The notes: a model not told the origin generated them from the sequence alone. Shown: positions 50,536-60,734, counted from the first letter of the stretch. The stretch: DNA of 64,000 bases from Candidatus Krumholzibacteriia bacterium (GCA_041484665.1 JBGPIA010000015.1:1-64000); one strand, 5' to 3'. Program-made: numbers and translations.

Positions 50536-51045
50536 ATGGCCTACCTCAGGACCAGCTCTGCCTCCGGCGTCCGCGGCGCGTTGCTGGCGGGGATTGGCGT
50601 CGTCGCGGCGCTGGCCGTCGTCGTCGGTCTGGTGCGCCATCCCTCGGGAACCGATCGAGCGGACGCCACTTCGCCCGAGCAGGCTGCCCTGCTGGCTGCC
50701 CAAGCGCTCGCCGGGCACGACTGGCCGGCGTACCGCCGGCTCTCCGTCACGAGCGTCGACCTCCTGCACGCCGAGGCCGTCAGCCATGGCGGGCGAGGCA
50801 GCTCGTTCGAGGACGCGTTGCGCCCCGCTGCCGAGGCGCGGCTGCGCGCCGAGTTCGATGCGCTGGTGCAGCAGAGACTGCTGAACGAGCGCGACTTGGA
50901 CGGGCTGCAGGTCGTCGCGGCAAAGCCGGGTCCCGATGAATGGCAGTTCGATCTCCAGGATCGCGCCGGCCGGGTGCTCCCCGTCAGCATCTACGTGACC
51001 CGTCTGGACGGACGGTTCCGCGTCACCGCCCTCGAGCCGCACTAG
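50536..51045 (+). CDS. Hypothetical membrane-anchored protein
   Basis: One N-terminal TM followed by an alpha+beta soluble domain. Confidence 0.65.
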   Translation: MAYLRTSSASGVRGALLAGIGVVAALAVVVGLVRHPSGTDRADATSPEQAALLAAQALAGHDWPAYRRLSVTSVDLLHAEAVSHGGRGSSFEDALRPAAEARLRAEFDALVQQRLLNERDLDGLQVVAAKPGPDEWQFDLQDRAGRVLPVSIYVTRLDGRFRVTALEPH

Positions 51046-51267
51046 TCGTAGCCTCAAGGCAAGGTGCAGTGCAGCCGCGCACCCCGAGCGGCTTGGCGCG
51101 GGGGGCGACCGTAGCCTGGCGCGGGTGCGGGCGTGGCGCTATTCTTGCCAGCCGCAGCGGCACGGGGTCGTCGATCGGCCAGCTCGTGCGGATGGCCGCG
51201 CGCGCCGGCGGCCCGGTCGCCCGGCGGGCCGAGGCCCAACCCAAGCTCCACCTGGAGGTCTTCCCCC

Positions 51268-51834
51268 ATGATCCCTGCGACCCAGCTGCGCGTGGGCATG
51301 GTCATCAAGTACAACGGCGATCCCTACCGGATCATGAGTGTCCTGCACGTGACACCGGGGAACTGGCGCGGCATGGTCCAGACCAAGATGCGCAACCTGC
51401 TGACGGGCAACCAGACCGAGAACCGGTTCCGCTCCGAGGACAAGGTGGACCGTGTCACCATCGAGCAGCACCAGATGGAGCACCTCTACCACGATGGTGA
51501 GGGGTACCACTTCATGAATACCGAGACCTACGAGCAGACCCGGCTCACCGACGACGATCTGGGGGATGCCGCCCATTACCTCCTGCCCAACGGCAAGATC
51601 GACGTCGAGTTCTACGAGGGGAACCCCATCGGGGTCTCGCTGCCCAAGACGGTCGACCTCAAGGTGACCGACACCGCTCCCACGCTGAAGAACGCCACGG
51701 TCACGCAGGTGCTCAAGCCCGCCACCCTCGAGACCGGGTTGGTGGTGCAGGTTCCGGGCTTCGTCAACCTCGGCGATGTCATCACCGTCGACACCGACTC
51801 CGGCGAGTACCTGTCGCGGCGCAAGGGCAGCTGA
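51268..51834 (+). CDS. efp: Translation elongation factor P
   Basis: GGAGG RBS. QLRVGM, HVTPGNWRG, FMNTETYEQ, KPATLETG..VPGFV..G..VDT..GEY. Confidence 0.95.
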   Translation: MIPATQLRVGMVIKYNGDPYRIMSVLHVTPGNWRGMVQTKMRNLLTGNQTENRFRSEDKVDRVTIEQHQMEHLYHDGEGYHFMNTETYEQTRLTDDDLGDAAHYLLPNGKIDVEFYEGNPIGVSLPKTVDLKVTDTAPTLKNATVTQVLKPATLETGLVVQVPGFVNLGDVITVDTDSGEYLSRRKGS

Positions 51835-51912
51835 TTCCGTTCGGCGGCACGGCCGCACGGTCGGCGCGGCTGGAGCACGCCTCCCGTTCCCGCTGTGCAC
51901 CGGGGTAGCGTC

Positions 51913-52635
51913 ATGAGCGCAGTTGACGCCCCTTCCTCTCCTCCCCCTGGCGCGCCGATGATCCGCGTGCGCGGTCTGAGGAAGCGATTCCACGACGGCC
52001 AGCGCGCGGTTCCGGTACTGGGCGGCGTCGACATCGATGTGGCCGCTGGCCGTTTCGTGGCGCTGCTGGGGCGCAGTGGGTCGGGCAAGAGCACCTTGCT
52101 CAACTGCATTGCCGGCATCGAGACGGTCGACGCCGGTGAGGTCCGGGTGGACGGGACCGACCTGGCGCGCCTCCCCGACCGGCAGCGCACGCTGTTGCGG
52201 CGCGACCGCATCGGCATCGTGTTCCAGTTCTTCAACCTGCTGTCCACCCTGCCGGTGCGCGACAACGTCGCGCTCCCGGCGCTGCTGCGCGGCGATTCGC
52301 CCAAGCAGGCGCTGGCGCGGGCCGACGCCTTGCTGGCCGAGCTGGGTCTGGAGGGGCGCGGCGGCGAGTGGCCCGACCGACTGAGCGGCGGGGAGCAGCA
52401 GCGCGTCGCCACGGCGCGCGCCCTGATCAACGGCCCGCGCGTCCTGCTCGCCGACGAGCCCACGGGCAACCTGGATACGGCCACGGGCGCGCGGACACTC
52501 GCGCTGTTGCGCGACGTGAACCTGCGGCTGGGCGTCACCGTGCTCATGGCCACCCACAGCCGCGAGGCTGCAGCCGTCGCCGACGCCATCGTCAGCCTCG
52601 TCGATGGGCGAATTGCGGACCCAGCGCCGCGCTGA
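51913..52635 (+). CDS. ABC transporter ATP-binding protein (LolD/MacB-like)
   Basis: GRSGSGKST, FQFFNL, LSGGEQQR and ADEPTGNLD. Confidence 0.95.
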   Translation: MSAVDAPSSPPPGAPMIRVRGLRKRFHDGQRAVPVLGGVDIDVAAGRFVALLGRSGSGKSTLLNCIAGIETVDAGEVRVDGTDLARLPDRQRTLLRRDRIGIVFQFFNLLSTLPVRDNVALPALLRGDSPKQALARADALLAELGLEGRGGEWPDRLSGGEQQRVATARALINGPRVLLADEPTGNLDTATGARTLALLRDVNLRLGVTVLMATHSREAAAVADAIVSLVDGRIADPAPR

Positions 52636-52659
52636 GCGGGCTGCCGCCGCAATCGTGCC

Positions 52660-55404
52660 ATGATTCCGCTTCTGCGTCTGACCCTCCTGCCCTACTGGCG
52701 CCGGCATCCAGTGCTGGCGTTGCTGCCTGCGTTGGGTGTGGCGCTGGGGGTGGCCGCCATCGTCGCCATCGACCTGGGCAGCAGCAGCGCCGTGGAGGGG
52801 TTCCGCCGCACGGCGGAACGGCTGGAGGGCCGCGCGACCCTCCAGATCCTCCCCGGAACCGCTCACCTGGACGGTCGGCTGGCCTGCGAGCTGGCCGAGC
52901 TGCCGGGAGTCGAGGCCGCCGCGCCGGTGCTGGAGTGTTTCGCGCTGGTGCGCCCACGCGGCACTGGCGCGCGCAGCGCAGCGGGCGCTCGTGGCGAAGC
53001 AGGCGAGCGGAGCAGCCTGGCCGCGCACGGCGAAGCGGGCAGCGCAACGCGCGTCGAGGAGGGCGAGCCGCTGCGCGTGCTCGGCATCGATCCGCTGGCC
53101 GAGGCGCGCGTCCGAGCGCTGGGGCTGCCGCAAGCGCAGCAGGGGGAGCTCTTCGCGCGGTTCCTCGGCGAGCCGGGAGCGCTGGCGGTCTCCGATCCGT
53201 TCCTGCGGCGGCACGCACTGGCCGCCGGCGACACGCTCCAGCTGGCGGTGGGGGCCCACGCCCGCACGGCCTTCGTGCTCACCGCGTTGCCGCGTGACGT
53301 CGACGGACTGCGCGTGCCCGACAACCTCGCACTGTGCGACCTGGCCACGGCGCAGGAGCTGGCCGGGCGCGACGACGTCTCCCGGATCGATCTGGCGCTG
53401 GAGGAGCCCGGCCGCGCGCGCGCGTTGGCCGCCATCACCGCGCGGCTCCCGCCCGGCGTCGAGCTCGTTGCGGCCGGCGGCCGGGCGCAGCGCCTGGCCG
53501 GGATGCTCGCCGCGCTGCGCACGAACCTGACCGCGCTCAGCTACCTGGCCCTGTTCGTCTCGCTCTTCTTGATCTACGACTCGATGCTGCTCGCCGTGCT
53601 GCGCCGCCGCCGCGACATCGGCATCCTGCGCTGCCTGGGCGCCACCCGCCGGGACGTGATCGCCGCCTGGACCGCGGAAGCGGCGCTCACGGGCGTCGCG
53701 GGAACCGTGGTCGGCTTCGCCCTGGGGATCGCCGGCGGCGGCCTCGCATTGCGCGGCGTGGCCCAGACTGCCAGCGACCTCTACGGCTACGTGCGCGGCG
53801 ACGCGTTGATGCTGTCCCCTTGGACGTTCGTGAAGGCCGCGGTGGCGGGGCTCCTAGCGACGCTCGTCGCCGCCGCATTGCCCGCGGGCGAGGCGGCGCG
53901 CACGACGCCCGCGCACACGTCGCTGCGCAGCGAGGTGGAGTCCGCCGCCGCGCGGCGCAGTCGTCGCGCGCCGTGGCTCGCGCTGCCGCTGAGCGCGGTG
54001 TTGGCGGGGTGTCTGGCCTGGCCCAGCCGCAGTCCGGTGCCCGGTTACGTCGCGGCGGTGGCGCTGGCGCTGGCGGGCGCGCTGCTGGCGCCCCTCGCAG
54101 GCGACGCGCTGCTGCGCCTGGGCCAGCCGTTGCTGCGCGCCACGCTGGGGATCCTGCCAGCGATGGCCGCGCGCAACATCCGCGCGTCGATGAGCCGCAC
54201 GGCGGTCGCGCTCGCGGCGCTTTCGGTGGCGCTGTCGATGTCGTTGGCCATGGGCACGATGGTGGCGAGCTTCCGTACCGAGCTGCAGGACTGGATCGCC
54301 GACGCGGTGCGCGCCGACGTCTACGTCACGCCCGCCACCGCCCGTCTCGACCGCTTCGACGCCCACCTGGATGCCGCCCTGGTGGATGAGCTGCGCGCGC
54401 GCCCCGAGGTCCTGGACATGGACACATTGCGCGGGCTCCCGGCCCAACTGCTCGGCGCGCGTCTCGCAGACAGCGGCGGGGACGTCGGCGCAGGAAGTCG
54501 CCTGGGCAGCGGCACGGCGGGCGGCGTGGACGGCGCGAGTGCCGCGCCCGAGACCTTGAGCACCGCCATCGTGGGCGTGGAGACCGACGTCTATCGCACG
54601 CGCGCGCGGCCAAAGCTCCTGTCGGGCCCCGCTCCCGAGGAATTCTTCCGACGGCTGCGCGCGGGCCAGGCGGGCATCGCCGAAAGCCTCATGCGCAAGA
54701 CCGGGCTTGCGGCGGGCGACCACCTACGCGTGCGTGCCGCGGGGCGCCTGGTCGAGCTCACCGTGGCCGGCGTCTACCGCGACTACTCCAGCGACCGCGG
54801 GGTGGTGCTCATGGACCGCGCGCCCTGGGAAGCGCTCTTCGGGGCGCGGCAGCCCAACTCGATCGCGCTCTACCTGGATGCCAAAGCGGACGTGGACACG
54901 GAGGTTACGGCACTGCAGCACGACCTGGGCAGCCGCTACCAGCTCCTCTTGCGCAGCAACCGCGCCCTGCGCGAGGAGGCGCTGCGTGTGTTCGATCGCA
55001 CCTTTGCTGTCACGCGCGCCCTGGAGATCATCGGGATCGCCGTCGCGGCGATCGGCGTGCTGGCAGCGCTGTTGGCGATGCTGCTGGAGCGCCGCCGCGA
55101 GCTGGCCACCCTGCGCGCGCTGGGTCTGACGCAGCGCCAGATGGACGCGTTGCTGCTGGCGGAGTCGGCGCTCCTGGCCGTGCTCGCGTGGGCCTTCTCG
55201 CTCGTGTTGGGCACCGCTCTGGCGGAGATCCTGCTGCGCTGGATCAATCTGCGCAGCTTCGGCTGGTCGCTGCCGCTGCGCTTGCCGCTCGGCCAGTGGA
55301 TGGCGAACCTGGGGCTGGCCCTGCTGGCGGCCGTGCTGGCGACCGTCTACCCGCTCGCGCGCGCCCGGCGCGAGAGTCTGGCACTGGCGCTGCGGGAGGA
55401 GTGA
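52660..55404 (+). CDS. ABC transporter permease with duplicated MacB/FtsX domains (AttF/G-like)
   Basis: GVALGVA, RRRDIGILRCLG, ERRRELATLRALG, IN.RSFGW and ends LREE. Confidence 0.9.
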   Translation: MIPLLRLTLLPYWRRHPVLALLPALGVALGVAAIVAIDLGSSSAVEGFRRTAERLEGRATLQILPGTAHLDGRLACELAELPGVEAAAPVLECFALVRPRGTGARSAAGARGEAGERSSLAAHGEAGSATRVEEGEPLRVLGIDPLAEARVRALGLPQAQQGELFARFLGEPGALAVSDPFLRRHALAAGDTLQLAVGAHARTAFVLTALPRDVDGLRVPDNLALCDLATAQELAGRDDVSRIDLALEEPGRARALAAITARLPPGVELVAAGGRAQRLAGMLAALRTNLTALSYLALFVSLFLIYDSMLLAVLRRRRDIGILRCLGATRRDVIAAWTAEAALTGVAGTVVGFALGIAGGGLALRGVAQTASDLYGYVRGDALMLSPWTFVKAAVAGLLATLVAAALPAGEAARTTPAHTSLRSEVESAAARRSRRAPWLALPLSAVLAGCLAWPSRSPVPGYVAAVALALAGALLAPLAGDALLRLGQPLLRATLGILPAMAARNIRASMSRTAVALAALSVALSMSLAMGTMVASFRTELQDWIADAVRADVYVTPATARLDRFDAHLDAALVDELRARPEVLDMDTLRGLPAQLLGARLADSGGDVGAGSRLGSGTAGGVDGASAAPETLSTAIVGVETDVYRTRARPKLLSGPAPEEFFRRLRAGQAGIAESLMRKTGLAAGDHLRVRAAGRLVELTVAGVYRDYSSDRGVVLMDRAPWEALFGARQPNSIALYLDAKADVDTEVTALQHDLGSRYQLLLRSNRALREEALRVFDRTFAVTRALEIIGIAVAAIGVLAALLAMLLERRRELATLRALGLTQRQMDALLLAESALLAVLAWAFSLVLGTALAEILLRWINLRSFGWSLPLRLPLGQWMANLGLALLAAVLATVYPLARARRESLALALREE

Positions 55405-55408
55405 GGCG

Positions 55409-56821
55409 ATGGGTCCCACGCGCGCACCCGCCTGCGCCTGGAGGATCACGGCGGGCGTCGCAGTGCTGCTGGGCGTGGCCGCGGGCAACGCTACGCCTCG
55501 GACTGCTGGGACCGTGGCAGGCGCCGGAGGACGGGTGGTTGCAGGGGCGGCGACGGTCGTGCGGACGTCGACGGTCGTGGGGGCGGCGACGGTCGTGCGG
55601 ACGGCGACCGTTGCGGGGGCAGCCGTGGTCGCGGGGGCGGCGGCGCGCGCGATACCGGTCGCCACCGCGGCGTCCTTCCAGCAAGCTCTGCGGCCGCGCG
55701 CATGGGTGTTCCCACGCGATCACGGCGCCCATCCCTCGTTCCAGACCGAGTGGTGGTATTTCACCGGCATCGTACGGGACCAGGATGGCAAGACGCTGGG
55801 TTACGAGCTCACGTTCTTCCGCTTCGGGCTGGCGGCGCAGCTGCCGCCCGGCGCCTCGGCCTGGCGGGCGCGCGATCTGATCCTGGCCCACCTCGCGGTC
55901 ACCGACGTGCAGGCCGGGCGCTTTGGGATGGAGGAGCGGGTCCAGCGCGCGGCGCTCGCGCTGGCCGGCGCGGATACGGCGGGCCTGCACGTGTGGCTGG
56001 GCGACTGGCAGGCGGTAGAGCGCGGTGGCGGCTTCGCGCTGCAAGCCACCCGCGGCGACCTCGCCGTCGACGTGGAGCTGGTCTCTGCGACCGCGCCCGT
56101 CCTGCACGGCGAACAGGGTCTCTCGCGCAAGACCGAGACGGGCGACCAAGCCAGCTACTACTACAGCCTGCCGAAGCTGGCCACGCGCGGCCGGATCCGG
56201 GTGGCGGGCAGCGAGCGCGCGGTCGAGGGCATGACGTGGATGGACCACGAATTCTTCACCGGCGCAACGCCTGAGGCCGGCCTGGGGTGGGACTGGTTCA
56301 GCGCGCGCCTGGACGACGGCCGCGACGTCATGCTCTACGTCGTCGTCGACTCGCGCGGGGACCGTCACGCGAGCGGGACGCTCATCGAACGTGACGGCGC
56401 GAGCCGTCCCCTCGACGTTACCGGGCTCGTGGCACAGCCGCTCCGCACCTGGCGCAGCCCGCGCAGTGGCGCGACCTATCCGGTCGCCTGGCGTCTTGAG
56501 CTGCCAGTAGAGGGAGCGCTGCTCGCCGTCGATGCGGCGCTGGATGCTCAGGAGGTCCTCGCCGAGCGCTCCGCCGGATTCGCGTACTGGGAGGGGCTGA
56601 GTCGCTTCCGCGGAACGTGGAGGGGGCAACCCGTCGCCGGCGAGGGCTACGTCGAGCTTACCGGCTACGACCGCGGGCGGGCGGGCACCGTGGCCGCTAC
56701 CGCTACGGTCGAGCTGGGTGGAGCCGCGCCGGGTACGATCCGGACGAACCAACCCGCCCCAGTCGGTTCGCAAGGGGAGACATCACCAAAGGTGCCCGCG
56801 AAACCGCCCCCGCCGAAATGA
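55409..56821 (+). CDS. AttH/CrtC-like lipocalin-fold secreted protein
   Basis: FPRDHGAHP.FQTEWWYFTG, ASYYYS, WMDHEF, GWDWF, YP..W, YWEG and GYVELTGY. Confidence 0.9.
   Translation: MGPTRAPACAWRITAGVAVLLGVAAGNATPRTAGTVAGAGGRVVAGAATVVRTSTVVGAATVVRTATVAGAAVVAGAAARAIPVATAASFQQALRPRAWVFPRDHGAHPSFQTEWWYFTGIVRDQDGKTLGYELTFFRFGLAAQLPPGASAWRARDLILAHLAVTDVQAGRFGMEERVQRAALALAGADTAGLHVWLGDWQAVERGGGFALQATRGDLAVDVELVSATAPVLHGEQGLSRKTETGDQASYYYSLPKLATRGRIRVAGSERAVEGMTWMDHEFFTGATPEAGLGWDWFSARLDDGRDVMLYVVVDSRGDRHASGTLIERDGASRPLDVTGLVAQPLRTWRSPRSGATYPVAWRLELPVEGALLAVDAALDAQEVLAERSAGFAYWEGLSRFRGTWRGQPVAGEGYVELTGYDRGRAGTVAATATVELGGAAPGTIRTNQPAPVGSQGETSPKVPAKPPPPK
55544..55633 (+). repeat. Intragenic 18-bp (6-aa) tandem repeat, about 5 copies
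   Basis: ggggcggcgacggtcgtg / cggacgtcgacggtcgtg / ggggcggcgacggtcgtg / cggacggcgaccgttgcg / ggggcagccgtggtcgcg, encoding GAATVV-RTSTVV... Confidence 0.85.
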
Positions 56822-57037
56822 TCCGGCCCCCGCTGCAGGGGGAGCGCACTCGCAACTCCCGTCCCCGCTTGGAGCTGCGGCCACGACCAGCAGGGCGCCC
56901 CGGCGGATTCCGTCGCGTAGGAGGCAGCCGCGTCCGGACCGGTGGGCGGGCCGGGAGTGGGTGGGTTGGAGCCGCAGGGGCATGGCCGCGCGCAGGGGAT
57001 CGGTCCCCCTGAGGATAATCCTGGAAACTGTTTATTG

Positions 57038-57049
57038 ACAATCGATTGT
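57038..57049. promoter_or_regulatory. Perfect 12-bp palindrome, candidate operator
   Basis: ACAATCGATTGT in an AT-rich patch, overlapping a TTGACA (57035-57040). Confidence 0.5.
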
Positions 57050-57105
57050 GTCCGCCCAGCGGCCCGCCCAGGCCCCCTGCACGGACTCGCCTTCAGCTGC
57101 GGCCC

Positions 57106-57135
57106 TTGACACCGAGCTGCTACGTGTGGGATAAT
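57106..57135 (+). promoter_or_regulatory. Strong sigma70 promoter
   Basis: TTGACA, 18 nt, GATAAT with an extended -10 TG. Confidence 0.7.
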
Positions 57136-57435
57136 GCCCCTGCGACTCTAGGCAGTAGGCACACGGGCGACCGTGTTATCCCTGAACTCGCCGATCCACT
57201 CTTTCAGACCGAATCCATACTCGACGCCGCGAAAAGCCGCTGCTCCTGCTTGCAGGGTTCGTGCTTTTCGCATCCGGTCCTGAGTCCCGCAATTCTGCGG
57301 GGAGCGGACACGTGCAGACTGCCGCCCCGGAAGTTGGCTGTCAGGTGGAGCCGCCCCTTGCAGGCGCTCGGCCGAGCAACCGACTCACCTGATCACATAA
57401 AGACCTTCGTCTTTTTCAACGATGGGGGACAATCC

Positions 57436-60400
57436 ATGAAGAGATACCTCTCTCTCGCCTTGTGCCTGGTCGTCGTAGCGACCTGGTCCGGCATGGTCTG
57501 GGCCACGGACGGCACGGCGGGCGCTGTAGCCAGGGACTACAGCGGGTACCAGATCGCAGAGCCTTCCGTAGCCGGCGTGCTCCACGGGGGCGCCGCCACG
57601 GGGCTCAGCAAGGCCGCTCTGGACACGGTCTTCCTCTACGGAGGGCCGGGTTCGCTCAACGGCAAGTTCCAGACGTCCACCCTGCAGCCGGATCGGCAGG
57701 GGTGGGCGGGTGTGGACCTGACCGGATTGGCGCCGCACTGGCACATCGACGCGTTCAATGCGGCGAACATGGCCGCACGACCCGCCTACTGGACGGGCTC
57801 CTACACGGTGCCCGCTACGAACCACGCGATCTGGGCTGGTCTTCTGGCGGGGCCCGCGGGCTTTGTGACCACGGGCTACGGCAACAATTGGCACGATCAG
57901 CTCGACCACAGCTTCACGGTGAGCAACACCGCCGATAGCACGGTCATCAGCTGGGACCTGCAGTTCAACCATGACAGCGAGGACGGTTACGACTTCTTCC
58001 ACGTCCAGTGGGACTCGGCGGGGTCGATGATCAACCTCGCGGATTACACCGGATTCAACGCCGGCGGAGTCGCGGTCGACTTCCATGGCGATATCACGTA
58101 CCACTCGGGCGATTACGTTGGGGCTGGTCACGACCAGGTCCACATCCGCGGCCGGTTCGACTCCGACGGCGCCGCGTCCGACGAGGACGGCCTCAACGCG
58201 ACCGGTGACGGCGCGGTCCAGCTGGACAACATCCAGGTGAACGGCACCAACGGTGTGGGCCTGAGCCAGGCCACCTTCGAGGGCGGCAGCCTCGGCGGCT
58301 GGGCGCTCGTCCAGCATGACTTCGCTGGCGATTTCTCGAAGGTGTACGGCCGGGTGGAGGACACCGATCCGTGCCGTGACAACATCACGCCGCAGATGAC
58401 CTTCATCGACGACAACACCGCTCCCAACAACGATCCGGCGCACCGGACCACCGGCGGCAGCACGTCGCCGACCAATACGTACGGCGTGCCCGGTGGCTGG
58501 GTCGTCAACTATACGGGCGGCCTGACCCTCGGTGAGTCGCCCTGCAGCAACGAGGTATGGTCGCCGGAGCTCAACTGGGATCTGCCCGGCACGGCAGATG
58601 ACCTCGTCGACGGCGGCGCTTTCATCCGCTACGGCGTGTGGCAGCACCTGCCGCTGAACAACGGCATCTTCTGGGTGTGGCACGTGCGCAGCTTCCCGGC
58701 GGCTACCGGTGGCTGGACGGGCATGAAGGATCGCAACTTCGTCTACTACGGTGGCGGCGTTGCGCTCTACACCAACGTACAGAACGAGATTCGCGACCTG
58801 CTGGTGTCATCTCCCACAAAGGTGCAGTTTGCGCTGGGCATGACCGACCTCGCAGATCTGTTCAACTTCCCGGGCAACGACGCCTCGATTTCGCCGACGT
58901 TCGACAACGCCGGCTTCGCGAAGTACGCGGGGGTCGGGCCTGGCGAAGTGACGCGCGAGATCGACCTGTTCAATGATGGCTTCCCGACCACGGGCGCCAT
59001 CTCCTGCACGAGCGCCAGTGATAATGACCTGGCGATCCGCCTCGACATGGCCCGCGACATTCGCGCGAGCTCGCAGCCGAGGAACGTGCCGGGCGACTCC
59101 ATCATCTGCGACTTCGTGGCCCGCAAGCCGGGGTCCTCGGTGGTTGCAAGCTCCATCCACATGGAGTTCCTGCTGGTCGCCAACCCCTGTTTCGACGCGG
59201 AGCGCGCGGGCGGCATCGCGGCTCTGCCGGGCATCGTGCATGAACCCCTGGCATCGACGAACAGGTGGCGCGGCTCCGTAACTGGCCAGCAGTCCAGGAC
59301 GGCTTCCGGCTCGGCCGTTGCCAACCGCTACTTCTTCGACCTGCCGGACGGCCCGGTCACGCTGGCTGCCTACGAGTCTGCGGAAGCCGCGCTGTTCTTC
59401 CCCGGCGATCAGATCCGCTACTACCTCACGGCCTCCACGATCAACCCGGCGGAGACCTCCACGCTGCCTGCCGACACGAGCGGCTTCGGCAGTGGCACCG
59501 GTTACAACCGTGTCTTCACGGTTTACGGCCTGCCGACCTTGACCTGTGGCGCGACGGATACCTCACCTTGCACGCAGCCCAGCATTCTGTTCTGGAACGA
59601 CCAGCCAGATCGCGGTGGCAACGACGAGTGGGGCCAGGCATTCGGCCAGAATGGGTTGGTGTTGCACCAGCAGTACGACACGTACCGGACCAATGGGCCG
59701 AGCTCGCTCGTGTCCGACGGTCTGGGCTCGGCGGGCGCCCACGGCGCCAACTCGGGCCAGCTGGCGGGCTACAACACCCTGTTCTATGACGCCGCTAATC
59801 TCGCCAGCGGGCTGATCAGCGATGGCAGCAGCACGGGGACCAACGACAAGGGCAACGACGTCGCTGCCCTGACAGGCTGGTTCGCGCAGGCTGGCAACCG
59901 GTACGCCGCGTACTGGGGCGATAACATCGCGAACGGCCTGGGTGGCGGCGGCGTCACCTACCGCAGCAACGTGATGGGTGTTACGCTGCGTGGCGACAAC
60001 GTTCGTCCGCGCATCGGGAACCAGACGGCTCCCGAGATCGGTCCGACGGGTGCTGTTGCCGGCTTCAGCCAGCACTTCATCGCGTTCGGTGGATGCTTGT
60101 CCATCAACCTGTTCGACGACATCGTCCCGGGTGCTGCGACCGCCGTGAGTTCGCATCAGTTCCTCCCGGGCCCGTACGCTACCACTCCGTCCGCCTGCGT
60201 GTATAACGCGAGGCAGGACACGATTGCGGGCACGGGGTACGACCGCGTGAACATGACGTTCCCGTACGGGTTCCTGTTCGTTCAGGACGTGTTCCCGAAG
60301 ACCGGCGGCCGGTCGGCGCGTGCGGGGCTCACCCGCGAGGCGCTGACCAGGTTCGGTCACAGCGGGGACCTCGACCAAGGGGTCGTCGCTACGGACCCGA

Positions 60401-60687
60401 TTGCCAGCCGCAGGCTGGTCGTCGACCAGAACCGCCCGAACCCGTTCAACCCGGTCACGAACATCAACTTCGCCGCCCCGGCCCGCGGGCACGTGTCGGT
60501 GAAGATCTACAACGTGCGCGGCGAGCTCGTGACGAAGCTGCTCGATGGCATCGTCGAAGCTGGCCAGCAGTCGGTAACCTGGAACGGGACGGACACCCAT
60601 GGTCGCTCGGTGGCCAGCGGCGTCTACCTGTACGAGGTATCCGGCTTTGATCAGTCCGTGATCAAGAAGATGGCGCTGGTCAAGTAG
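57436..60687 (+). CDS. Large secreted protein (1083 aa) with C-terminal FlgD-Ig/T9SS-CTD-like domain; candidate major surface/S-layer protein
   Basis: GGGGGA RBS and signal peptide MKRYLSLALCLVVVATWSGMVWA. G/T/A/D/N-rich. Tail QNRPNPFNP..KIYNVRGELV..WNGTD..VASGVYLY..KKMALVK. Confidence 0.88.
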   Translation: MKRYLSLALCLVVVATWSGMVWATDGTAGAVARDYSGYQIAEPSVAGVLHGGAATGLSKAALDTVFLYGGPGSLNGKFQTSTLQPDRQGWAGVDLTGLAPHWHIDAFNAANMAARPAYWTGSYTVPATNHAIWAGLLAGPAGFVTTGYGNNWHDQLDHSFTVSNTADSTVISWDLQFNHDSEDGYDFFHVQWDSAGSMINLADYTGFNAGGVAVDFHGDITYHSGDYVGAGHDQVHIRGRFDSDGAASDEDGLNATGDGAVQLDNIQVNGTNGVGLSQATFEGGSLGGWALVQHDFAGDFSKVYGRVEDTDPCRDNITPQMTFIDDNTAPNNDPAHRTTGGSTSPTNTYGVPGGWVVNYTGGLTLGESPCSNEVWSPELNWDLPGTADDLVDGGAFIRYGVWQHLPLNNGIFWVWHVRSFPAATGGWTGMKDRNFVYYGGGVALYTNVQNEIRDLLVSSPTKVQFALGMTDLADLFNFPGNDASISPTFDNAGFAKYAGVGPGEVTREIDLFNDGFPTTGAISCTSASDNDLAIRLDMARDIRASSQPRNVPGDSIICDFVARKPGSSVVASSIHMEFLLVANPCFDAERAGGIAALPGIVHEPLASTNRWRGSVTGQQSRTASGSAVANRYFFDLPDGPVTLAAYESAEAALFFPGDQIRYYLTASTINPAETSTLPADTSGFGSGTGYNRVFTVYGLPTLTCGATDTSPCTQPSILFWNDQPDRGGNDEWGQAFGQNGLVLHQQYDTYRTNGPSSLVSDGLGSAGAHGANSGQLAGYNTLFYDAANLASGLISDGSSTGTNDKGNDVAALTGWFAQAGNRYAAYWGDNIANGLGGGGVTYRSNVMGVTLRGDNVRPRIGNQTAPEIGPTGAVAGFSQHFIAFGGCLSINLFDDIVPGAATAVSSHQFLPGPYATTPSACVYNARQDTIAGTGYDRVNMTFPYGFLFVQDVFPKTGGRSARAGLTREALTRFGHSGDLDQGVVATDPIASRRLVVDQNRPNPFNPVTNINFAAPARGHVSVKIYNVRGELVTKLLDGIVEAGQQSVTWNGTDTHGRSVASGVYLYEVSGFDQSVIKKMALVK

Positions 60688-60734
60688 CCAGCCTGTCTTC
60701 GGATCTGCGACCCGTCCCCTGAACGGGGACAGCG

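Noticed and set aside
48676..53259. Long minus-strand ORFs (793 aa and 706 aa)
   Set aside because: Antisense to the MFS, efp and ABC genes. Typical high-GC shadow frames with no motifs.
49873..55633. Repeat arrays considered as CRISPR
   Set aside because: Contiguous 13- and 18-bp degenerate units without spacers, and no cas genes.
55409..56821. Carotenoid 1,2-hydratase function
   Set aside because: No carotenoid genes are nearby. The ABC-linked context fits AttH-like proteins of unknown function.
57046..57435. 130-aa N-terminal extension of the large secreted protein
   Set aside because: It overlaps the promoter and leader. The RBS and signal peptide point to ATG 57436.
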